Assembly: GCA_965248435.1 (NCBI GenBank)
Contig: OZ252100.1
Coordinates: 2,176,001-2,240,000, forward strand
Length of the DNA stretch: 64,000 nt
Origin: Candidatus Latescibacterota bacterium
Lineage (GTDB): Bacteria; Latescibacterota; UBA2968; GCA-2709665
Reading direction: 5' to 3'
Numbering within the stretch: the stretch's first letter is position 1; each line of letters begins with the position of its first letter. Position numbers and translations under genes: made by a program. Below, piece after piece: positions 56,159 to 64,000 of the stretch. Below the pieces are notes generated by a model, which saw only the letters and a program-made list of their open reading frames with translations, made no database searches and was not told the origin of the DNA.

Positions 56159-57043
56159 TCAGGATCTGCTCTTCCCTCTAAGGCTTCGTACCAGGGAGGG
56201 ACTCAGGCTACCCCTCGCCACCTCTGCGACAGGGCCCCGCATCCTCAAGTCAAAATCTCCACTCACATCTATATGCAACCTTCCTCCAGGTGAGCTCACC
56301 GTCACAGGCGAAGTCACAAGTCCGAGCCGTACCGCTGCGCTGGCAACTGCGCACGAGGAAGATCCCGAGGCCAGCGTCTCGCCGGCTCCCCGCTCCCAGA
56401 TCAGGATATAGACCGCTCGAGGGCCGGTCGGCACAGCAAGCTGCACGTTCGTCCGCTTCGGAAACATCTTGTGATGCTCGAGGACCGGACCGAGCCCGAG
56501 TAGATCATCGCGCGACCACGACCTGCCTTTGGGTCTGAAGACAACGCAGTGCGGATTCCCAACACTCACGCCGGTGAACCTCAGTTTTTCACTGTTGACG
56601 GTTATTGGATGTTCGATCAGCTCCTCGACTCCTGCCAGACAGGGTAGGGCCTTCGGCCTGAAGGTCGCCCTGCCCATTTCCACTGTTGCGCCGCTCACCT
56701 CTCCGTGTCGGTCGAGGTGCAACTTGGCCCGAACCTGCCCCCCTTTGGTCTCTACCGAAAATTCCCTGCGCCTTGTCTTCCGGGTCGCGTGCAGGTAGCG
56801 GGAAAAAATGCGAAGGCCGTTTCCAGATTTCTCCGCCTCGCTCCCGTCTGGATTGTAGATCCGCAGCCCGAAGTCTGCCTCTTCCGACGATGCTACAGCC
56901 AGGATACCGTCGCTCCCCACGCCCAAGTTCCGGTCACAGATGAGACGGATGTTCCGGGGGGTTAATCTGAAATCAAGCTCCTTCGGATCCATCACGATGT
57001 AGTCGTTTCCCAGCCCGTGGCCTTTATAGAAGCCGTTCCTCAT
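56159..57043 (-). CDS. dapF: Diaminopimelate epimerase
   Basis: KGHGLGNDY, NPDGSEAEKSGNGLR, VGNPHCV, WERGAGETLASGSS. Confidence 0.9.
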   Translation of the reverse strand: MRNGFYKGHGLGNDYIVMDPKELDFRLTPRNIRLICDRNLGVGSDGILAVASSEEADFGLRIYNPDGSEAEKSGNGLRIFSRYLHATRKTRRREFSVETKGGQVRAKLHLDRHGEVSGATVEMGRATFRPKALPCLAGVEELIEHPITVNSEKLRFTGVSVGNPHCVVFRPKGRSWSRDDLLGLGPVLEHHKMFPKRTNVQLAVPTGPRAVYILIWERGAGETLASGSSSCAVASAAVRLGLVTSPVTVSSPGGRLHIDVSGDFDLRMRGPVAEVARGSLSPSLVRSLRGKSRS

Positions 57044-57094
57044 CGCTTCCCCTCAAAGCATCCAGTCGCCGCAACCCTGCGAGGCCCGCAGAGC

Positions 57095-58066
57095 TTACCC
57101 CCTGTCCACATCGGTCAAGTCAAACGGATTGGACCAGGCCTTTGCTCCGCTCGGTCCGATCACCTCAAACCGCACCCATCTCACGTTTTTTCGGAGTGCA
57201 AACGTAGCCTTTTCGAATGTGCGTCCGTGCTCTTGATACTCCGTACCTTGAGCATTGCAGATGGCAAAGATGCGCTCCGCTTCGGAACAGCGCACCGTCG
57301 CTTCGACAATCCTGTCCGCGTCCTTGGGCTCGTCCACCCTCGTAAGCTGGACATCGTGAATCTCCGCCCCCGTACTCGCGTAGCTGCAACCCTTCTCGAG
57401 GGCCTGGATGATGCTATCGGCATTGCGTTCCTTCACCCTCACGTTCGTCCAGCCACCATAAGTGTCCAGCCTTTCCGAGTCCAGGAGGTGGGCGTCGTCA
57501 TTCGCTAGCGCGGGGTAGAGCTTCTCCTCCTGCTCCATCCAATCGTCCCAGTGAACACCCGACTCGGCCCTTCCGTGCCTTCGCGTCGTCGTATTGTAGA
57601 CCTCCACGCCGGCCAAACCCTGCAAAGGCAACGTATCCCGTATAATGTTCACCGAACTCCAGTAGGGATGCGCGAGCCAGATCGAGCCGCCTTGATCTCG
57701 CACTTCATCGATGACTTTCTGGGGTGGCATTCCAGCCGAATCCATGTCCCTCTGAAAGTTCAGGGCGAGGAAATGGTGCCGCTGGCCCCCGAAGGGATTG
57801 TCCGGATGAAGCTCTGCTCCAGGGATGAGAACAAAATCCCCCGGGCGATCCAGTCCATCAGAACGCGTGATCTTGTAGTGGTCAGACAGACAGAGGAAGT
57901 CATACCCCTGTTCGACATACCCACTCAGGCGTTCTTGGGGCGTTGCCCTGCCATCGGAGTTCGTCGTGTGGGAATGAAGATTCCCTTTTAACCAGAAGGT
58001 GTCTTCTTCCGATTCGAGCGAAAACGGACTGATCAGATCATTCTTTGGAGAATTCGTCTCCATCAT
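57095..58066 (-). CDS. PHP-fold metallohydrolase (CehA/McbA-like)
   Basis: KGNLHSHTTNSDG, LSDH, AHPYWS, EVYN, NDDAH. Confidence 0.85.
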   Translation of the reverse strand: MMETNSPKNDLISPFSLESEEDTFWLKGNLHSHTTNSDGRATPQERLSGYVEQGYDFLCLSDHYKITRSDGLDRPGDFVLIPGAELHPDNPFGGQRHHFLALNFQRDMDSAGMPPQKVIDEVRDQGGSIWLAHPYWSSVNIIRDTLPLQGLAGVEVYNTTTRRHGRAESGVHWDDWMEQEEKLYPALANDDAHLLDSERLDTYGGWTNVRVKERNADSIIQALEKGCSYASTGAEIHDVQLTRVDEPKDADRIVEATVRCSEAERIFAICNAQGTEYQEHGRTFEKATFALRKNVRWVRFEVIGPSGAKAWSNPFDLTDVDRG

Positions 58067-58155
58067 ATCGGCACCTCAGGCATCATCGAGTCGTGATTGT
58101 GGTTATTCCCGTCTTCGGTCCCCGTGTCTTGATTTCTCGGTACCCGGCCTTCGGC

Positions 58156-59139
58156 CTATTTGACCGCAATCGGATTCCCCGGCGATCCAGTTGCGCCTTT
58201 GAGGCGCAGCGGCGCATACGCGAAAGCGAACTCATAAACTTTATCTCTCGCCAGGGCTTCCAAGTCCAGGTTTTCGATGTTATAAATTCCGTTCTTGTTG
58301 ATAAGGACCTGGTGCACTTCGAACGGCCGGTTTGGGTCGTCGCCAGGCACCGCCTCGACGGCCCAGCTGTCCCCGCCCGTCATCACAATCTTCTTCTCAA
58401 CCAGCCAACGTGCGGCCTCTATCCCGATTCCCGGTTCGCCCGAGTTATAGGTCTTGTTGTCGACCATCCACAGCTTGCCGTGTCCGGTGCGGAAAAGTAC
58501 GACGTCCCCCTCTATAATCTCTACACCTTGCTTCTTCAGGGCCCCTTCTATGTCCTCCACTGTGACAATCTCACCGACGTTGAGCCGGTCCACGCCCTTA
58601 TGGCCCGCAACGTCCACCAGCACACCTCGCGTAAAGAAAACCCCGACGTTTTCGACGCCCAGTTTCTCAAGTCCATAGGCCTTGCTGAACTCCGATCGCT
58701 TGAAACCGTTGTAGAAGCGGTCCTCGTTCCCCACGCGCGTGCCAATGTGACCGAGCCCATCGAACTGCGTTCCTATCTGTCCGATCTCCCCGCTGAACAT
58801 CTCGTCGTGCCAGACGAGCTCATTCTCTCCAACCGGGCCACCGGAGGGAGACCCTACAATCGTTAGACTGTAGTGCCGGTTTCCAAACAAGGGCATGCCG
58901 GGCTCGTAGACCCGCCCGAGCTGGTAAATCTTGCTTTCTTTGATCAGGCCCGCTGCAGCTAGCACTCTTTCTGGAGTGATTCTATTCGCAGCCCCCTGCT
59001 GGTCCTCTGGACCCCACTGTGACGGCCACCATTTGGGCCCAATGGGGGTCTCTTCAGCGTTCAGATTCCAGATCGACAAAGAGATGCACACAAAAGCAGC
59101 GAAGACCACGAAACCTGGGTTAACCCTGGATTTGTACAT
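58156..59139 (-). CDS. Exported cyclase (kynurenine formamidase-like) family protein
   Basis: Signal peptide; WGPEDQQGAAN, GTQFDGLGH, EVHQ, IENL, GATGSP. Confidence 0.88.
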   Translation of the reverse strand: MYKSRVNPGFVVFAAFVCISLSIWNLNAEETPIGPKWWPSQWGPEDQQGAANRITPERVLAAAGLIKESKIYQLGRVYEPGMPLFGNRHYSLTIVGSPSGGPVGENELVWHDEMFSGEIGQIGTQFDGLGHIGTRVGNEDRFYNGFKRSEFSKAYGLEKLGVENVGVFFTRGVLVDVAGHKGVDRLNVGEIVTVEDIEGALKKQGVEIIEGDVVLFRTGHGKLWMVDNKTYNSGEPGIGIEAARWLVEKKIVMTGGDSWAVEAVPGDDPNRPFEVHQVLINKNGIYNIENLDLEALARDKVYEFAFAYAPLRLKGATGSPGNPIAVK

Positions 59140-59364
59140 CGCCCCTCCTAGTTGAAACCCGTTTTGATTCTATCGTTAGAATCACACTCTGATCTTCTCT
59201 CTTGCAATTCCATCCAAGAAAAACGCGGGTCAATCAAGATTGTTTTGGGGTGATAAAATGTCAAGCGCTATATGGGGAATGTGGGCGTGAGGCCCTTTCA
59301 CGTTGACACGACATGAGACCGAAAGTATCATAAAGTTCTGACCACACCCAAAAGAGGATGCCTA

Positions 59365-60255
59365 TTGAAGCCCGATGAGAAACTTCAGTCGATTCGACCC
59401 TTCCCAGACCTGAAAGGTGCTGCCCTTCTCATGTTGATGGGGTGGACCGTCGGCCTTCTAGCAGCTGCTTCCGTTCGATCGTTCCTTGAATTCACGGGCA
59501 CGACCACGGTCGGAACTCTTTCTAGCCTTGGCCTGATGGCCTTTTTCGGACTCCGTCATCCCTCTACGGGGAAGAAGCAGGTTCTGTCTCTTCGCCCCTT
59601 CCCACCCCGGCTCCTTCCACTCATTGTCGTGATGGCTCTCACGGGGTCCGTCCTGGTTGCTGAACTCGGCAATATGATGGAGGAACTTTACCCGATTCCA
59701 GACTCCCTTCGAGAAGTCTTCCTTCTCTTGCTGGATTCAAGCGACTGGACCGCGTTCCTTCAACGCTTCGCGCTGCTCGTTCTGATGGCCCCCGTCACCG
59801 AAGAGCTGGTCTTCAGGGGTATCTTTCAATTCGGGCTGGTCAGGAACTATGGACCAAAAAAAGGCGTGCTGGCTTCTTCTGTTTGTTTCGGGCTCTTCCA
59901 CGCGATTCCCTGGCAGATCCCCGCAGCTGCCATAACGGGCATCCTTCTGGGTTTTGTCGTCTACCGAACAGGTTCAATATTTGCCGGGATGACCCTCCAC
60001 GCGGTTTGGAATCTTCTCCCGCTCCTGTCCGTCTCCCTGATCCAAAACAGTTCTCTCCCGGGCTACACGTCCACCGGGAACGAGGTGGTACACATCCCTC
60101 TCTACGTCCTGGTTCCGGCAGCAGGGATCCTCTTTCTCGCCCTACGTGAATTTTACGTCCGGACCGCTTCTTGGGACTCAGCAGAACAGGAAAGCGACGA
60201 CAGACTGGAGATTGGAGGGGAGGAAGAAATGCGAAGCGGCGACGGAGGGGATTAG
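59365..60255 (+). CDS. CPBP (CAAX/Abi) intramembrane metalloprotease
   Basis: APVTEELVFRG, FGLFH, HAVWN. Confidence 0.9.
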   Translation: MKPDEKLQSIRPFPDLKGAALLMLMGWTVGLLAAASVRSFLEFTGTTTVGTLSSLGLMAFFGLRHPSTGKKQVLSLRPFPPRLLPLIVVMALTGSVLVAELGNMMEELYPIPDSLREVFLLLLDSSDWTAFLQRFALLVLMAPVTEELVFRGIFQFGLVRNYGPKKGVLASSVCFGLFHAIPWQIPAAAITGILLGFVVYRTGSIFAGMTLHAVWNLLPLLSVSLIQNSSLPGYTSTGNEVVHIPLYVLVPAAGILFLALREFYVRTASWDSAEQESDDRLEIGGEEEMRSGDGGD

Positions 60256-60265
60256 AACGATTCGG

Positions 60266-60745
60266 TCACTTTTTCTTAGAGTCCTTCTTCTCCGCAAGTT
60301 GCTCATTCATAGATTTGATCTTCTCTGCCAGAATGTTGATGATATTTCTCAGAACCTGGATGACAATGAGCGGCTCAACGTTTACCATGCCTTCCAGCTC
60401 CGCTTGCCCCATTGTAAGACCGGAGACCGCTTCTTCCGCAACGACGCGGGCGATTCGTGAATGTGAGCTGGCAATCTCCATCTCGCCTACGGTATCGATC
60501 GGCACGACCTGCGTAATCTCGGAGCCGTCAGGCATCTGAATGGAGACCGTCCCCTTTAGCAGGATAAGCAACTCGTTACCTGGCGTACCTGCTGCATAAA
60601 TGGTCTTTCCCTTCGGAAAAGAAGCCCTCTCGCAGATGGCCAGAACCTTTCGGACATGGTCCACGGAAAGTTCCGCAAAAATAGGGATCCTGGCGAGGAT
60701 CTCTGTTAGGTCTTGAGCGGGTTTCTCCGACACAACGGCCTCCAA
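60266..60745 (-). CDS. Stand-alone cyclic nucleotide-binding domain protein
   Basis: IPIFAEL, VGEM, RIARV. Confidence 0.8.
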   Translation of the reverse strand: MEAVVSEKPAQDLTEILARIPIFAELSVDHVRKVLAICERASFPKGKTIYAAGTPGNELLILLKGTVSIQMPDGSEITQVVPIDTVGEMEIASSHSRIARVVAEEAVSGLTMGQAELEGMVNVEPLIVIQVLRNIINILAEKIKSMNEQLAEKKDSKKK

Positions 60746-60753
60746 ACCTGAAG

Positions 60754-61416
60754 CTATTCGCCAGCCCGTTTCAGAATAACCAGCTGCCGCCCGCGAGAAA
60801 CGATATAGCCTTCACCTTCCAAACGGGTCAGCACACGCGTCACGGTCTCGCGGGAAGTCCCGACCATGTTTGCCAGGACCTGATGGGTGGGACGCTTCTT
60901 GATCACAAGCCCTTCCTCGGTCTCTGTTCCTTCCTCTTCGGCCAGATTGAGAAGCATGCTGCAAATTCGATCTGTCATGCCGAGCAGGGCCAGACCGCCG
61001 ATCTGTCTGTCTGCCTTGCGAAGCCGCGACGCAATCGTGACCATCAGCTTTACAGCGATGTCAGGATGCCGCTGTATCGCCCGGTGAAAATCCGGCCGCC
61101 GGATCACGAACAGCTCGCTGTCTTCGAGTGTGCTGACATTGGCTGTTCTCGGCCGACCGTCCAGAAGAGAGATGTCTCCGAAGAACTCTCCTGGCCCAAG
61201 AATCGACAGAATCATCTCGCGGCCGTCCGCCGCGTTAACGCTCACTTTGGCGCGGCCCCGATGGATCACGAAGAACGAGTCTCCCCGGTCATCCGCCAGA
61301 ATGATCATGCAGTTTTTGGGGAAACGCCGAACCTGGATGACCTCGTTCAGGGCGTTCAACTCCGCCTTTGTGAGGTCTTCAAAGAGCGGCACATTTTTGA
61401 AAAGGTTCTCTTCCAA
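60754..61416 (-). CDS. Crp/Fnr family transcriptional regulator
   Basis: VPLFEDL, FFGDISLLDGRPRTA, HTH GTSRETVTR; TTG start behind GGGAGGGGAG. Confidence 0.93.
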   Translation of the reverse strand: MEENLFKNVPLFEDLTKAELNALNEVIQVRRFPKNCMIILADDRGDSFFVIHRGRAKVSVNAADGREMILSILGPGEFFGDISLLDGRPRTANVSTLEDSELFVIRRPDFHRAIQRHPDIAVKLMVTIASRLRKADRQIGGLALLGMTDRICSMLLNLAEEEGTETEEGLVIKKRPTHQVLANMVGTSRETVTRVLTRLEGEGYIVSRGRQLVILKRAGE

Positions 61417-61970
61417 GTCTCCCCTCCCAACGGTCAGACCCCCGAAGTCACCGATGCTGTAGTTTAACACAATCGCCAAAGCCAATCAAGCCAATTCAAG
61501 CCTGGAAGTGACTTAAAAACAAGGACTACACCGACTTAGGATTCACCGTATTTGAAGGTCTCAGTGTTCAGGGAGACCTCATTTCTTAACACTTCTTGCC
61601 GATTGCCACCACTGGAGAAGCCTTGGAGATCAGGTGATCCGGAAGGCATTTTCGCGAAGGTTTGGAAGGACCGGGTACTCTTTGCGAAATTTTAAACTTT
61701 CTATTTCCAAATGCTTACATAATCCCTGCTGCCTCCGGGTAGATTGGAGCAGCGTTCAAGGACGCGCAAAAAGCGCTTGTGCATTGCTAGATCCGTCCCT
61801 ATTTTGACGAGTAGCAGCTTGTAGCATCCATCAAGCGCTCTACTTAGCCGTCGGTAACCTTCGGAGAACTTCATCCCCGAAGAGGTTCGTCCCCCCTCGA
61901 GGTTGCAATGCGCTTTGCTGCGCAGCACGCGTTACTTACCGAAGCAGAAGTTGATTTCCGTCTGGGAATC

Positions 61971-61999
61971 TTGACATCCCCAGACGCTTTTGTTAGATT
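61971..61999 (+). promoter_or_regulatory. sigma70-type promoter of tRNA-Phe
   Basis: TTGACA-17 bp-TAGATT. Confidence 0.75.
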
Positions 62000-62036
62000 C
62001 GGTCCTCGCCTTTTGACCCGCGCCGGAAAAGATGGC

Positions 62037-62112
<76 letters not shown>

Positions 62113-62420
62113 CCTCTTCCGGTTCTCCAGCTTGGCATCCCAGGCTCCTTTCCAAGGAGCCGGAACGGATGCCTTTTTTATTTTCGAATTCCTGCAAAAA
62201 ATCTCGTTGTGGTGACGATTGTCACCGATTTTAGTTCGTCTCTCAGGTAAGTTGTGTTTACGATCGGTTTTTCCTGTTTTGTTTCGGTGGAAACACCCAT
62301 TCAATCTATGAATCTCGCCTTTAGAAAAGGAGGTGACCTTAGCAAAGGCGGAGTTTATATCGCTTTTTTGCCAGTTTACTGCGAATACAAACCCATTTCG
62401 TGAATTCGGGAGGTTGTGCG

Positions 62421-64000
62421 ATGTCCGTTAATCTATTTATGAAGTCCCTTCTGACGGCAGTGCTGGTCTTTTGGATCTCTGACCAGGCTGCTGCAAAGGT
62501 GGCCCTCGACCTCGATCTGGCACCTGGTGACCAGGGCAAGCGCGAGGTGACGGTCAAGCCTGGGCAACGCTTGAAGGTTGAATTGTGTGCCGTGGAAGGT
62601 GCCCGTGGGGGCGCGGAGATTCAGATCAGGTTCAATCCTGAAAAGGTCAAGTTCAGACGCTTTAAGGCATCCGGACTGTTAAAGGGCGGAATGTCCATTC
62701 CCAAGAAAAGCAAAGATGGTGTCCGGATCAGCATCGCCATGCCCGGAGGACGGACCGCAGAGGCTGACAACGGCAGCCTCGGCGTCCTTCAGTTTCAATT
62801 ATCCAAAGACCTTGGTCCGGGCGCCCGGATCGGGATCTCGGGGGGACGATTTGCCACACCTGAAGGCCAGGATGAATTCGAACTCGAGACCATGGTCAAA
62901 CTCATAAACGCCGACGCCCCAGAGGGCGCCGGAGGGATGGATGAGGGGCACGGGGAGCATCATGAAAGGCCTCAAGGCGGACAGCACGGCCAGGGTATGC
63001 CTCAAGGCGGACAGCACGGCCAGGGTATGCCTCAAGGCGGACAGCACGGCCAGGGTATGCCTCAAGGCGGACAGCAAGGCCAGCGAGGTGGACAGCAAGG
63101 CCAGACAGGTGGACCGATGGGGCCAGGTGGACCGATGACCCTCGACCTCAATCCGACGCCTGGTGACCAGGGCAAGCGCGAGGAGACGGTCAAGCCAGGG
63201 CGACGCGTGAAGGTCGAACTCTGTGCCGTAGAAGGTGCCCAGGGAATCATGGGCGCACAGGTCAATATCAAGTTCAACCCGGAGAAGGTCACGTTCAGAC
63301 GCTTCAAGGCGTCCGGACTGCTGAAGGGTGGAATGGCGATCCCCACCAAGCGAGAGGATGGGGTCCAGATCAGTATCGCGATGCCAGGCGGAAAAACGGC
63401 AGCTGCGGATAACGGCAGCCTCGGCACCCTTCAATTTCAACTCTCCAGAGACCTGGGGCCGGGCGCGAGGATAGGGATCGTGGGCGGCCAATTCGCTACG
63501 CCTGAAGGGTCCAGAGATTTTGAATTCAAGACGATGGTTAAGCTCATAAACGCCGATGCACCGGCGGACGCTGGAGGGATGGATGAGGGGCATTCGGGGC
63601 ACGGCCAGGGTATGCCTCCTGGCGGCGGACAGCAAGGCCAGCGAGGTGGACCGATGGGACCAGGCGGACCGATGGGACCGGGCGGACCGATGGGACCGGG
63701 CGGAACGATGGGACCGGGCGGACCGATGGGACCGGGCGGACCGATGGGACCGGGCGGACCGATGGGACCAGGCGGACCGATGGGACCGGGTGGACCGATG
63801 GGACCGGGTGGACAGAATCCTGAAGAGATGATCGCCACCCTCCCTCCAGCCCTGCAAGGGTCCTACATGGAAACGTTGAAGTTGGAGCATACCGCCCATA
63901 TGCAGGCGGAGGTCAAGGCGTTGAAGAGCATCGTCAAGACCCTGCGTGAGACGAAAAAGTATCTGGCTGGTGCGAATGAAGACGAAAAGCGGGCCATCGC
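62421..64000 (+). CDS. Secreted protein with two cohesin-like domains, G/Q/H-rich repeats and a collagen-like tract (partial, runs off the window)
   Basis: GGGAGG then ATG 62421; open frame by hand translation; signal peptide ending QAAA; duplicated ~140-aa domain starting [11 protein letters not shown]. Confidence 0.85.
   Translation, partial: MSVNLFMKSLLTAVLVFWISDQAAAKVALDLDLAPGDQGKREVTVKPGQRLKVELCAVEGARGGAEIQIRFNPEKVKFRRFKASGLLKGGMSIPKKSKDGVRISIAMPGGRTAEADNGSLGVLQFQLSKDLGPGARIGISGGRFATPEGQDEFELETMVKLINADAPEGAGGMDEGHGEHHERPQGGQHGQGMPQGGQHGQGMPQGGQHGQGMPQGGQQGQRGGQQGQTGGPMGPGGPMTLDLNPTPGDQGKREETVKPGRRVKVELCAVEGAQGIMGAQVNIKFNPEKVTFRRFKASGLLKGGMAIPTKREDGVQISIAMPGGKTAAADNGSLGTLQFQLSRDLGPGARIGIVGGQFATPEGSRDFEFKTMVKLINADAPADAGGMDEGHSGHGQGMPPGGGQQGQRGGPMGPGGPMGPGGPMGPGGTMGPGGPMGPGGPMGPGGPMGPGGPMGPGGPMGPGGQNPEEMIATLPPALQGSYMETLKLEHTAHMQAEVKALKSIVKTLRETKKYLAGANEDEKRAI
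62970..63076 (+). repeat. In-frame 30-bp tandem repeat ([10 protein letters not shown]), about 3.5 copies
   Basis: CCTCAAGGCGGACAGCACGGCCAGGGTATG x3 plus a partial copy. Confidence 0.92.
63645..63806 (+). repeat. In-frame 18-bp tandem repeat (GGPMGP), 9 copies
   Basis: GGYGGACCGATGGGACCR x9, one copy with ACG. Confidence 0.92.

Noticed and set aside
62799-63899. Minus-strand 366-aa ORF and the PPG-repeat ORFs
   Set aside because: Antisense shadows of the plus-strand gene starting at 62421, which has an RBS, a signal peptide and duplicated domains.

Overview
A GC-rich bacterial chromosomal window. Gene content and style suggest an FCB-group/Latescibacterota-like organism, but this is inference only. 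It holds housekeeping blocks (thrS-infC-rpmI-rplT; zapB-zapA-6S RNA-rny-ymdB-xseA-[aldo/keto reductase]-xseB-nadK-recN; futalosine menaquinone genes mqnE-mqnC-mqnA; rarA; dapF; tRNA-Phe), many catabolic oxidoreductases and hydrolases, and two tandem RND pumps. It also has one frameshifted ISL3 inserted into a palindromic repeat and several families of small intergenic repeats (GTAG-type REPs, heptamer arrays, a 22-24 bp minisatellite). The most interesting items are: (1) a queE / non-canonical TGT / ArmA-Rmt-type 16S rRNA m7G1405 methyltransferase cluster; (2) a TonB-less ExbB/ExbD-like motor pair coupled to a membrane-anchored lectin-like protein and facing two coiled-coil membrane proteins; (3) orphan promoter-to-terminator structured RNAs, notably a ~250-nt leader with a visible terminator/antiterminator switch and uORF upstream of the RND operon; (4) a secreted protein with two cohesin-like domains and collagen-like repeats that the ORF track missed. 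All calls come from reading motifs by eye; no database search or folding program was run.
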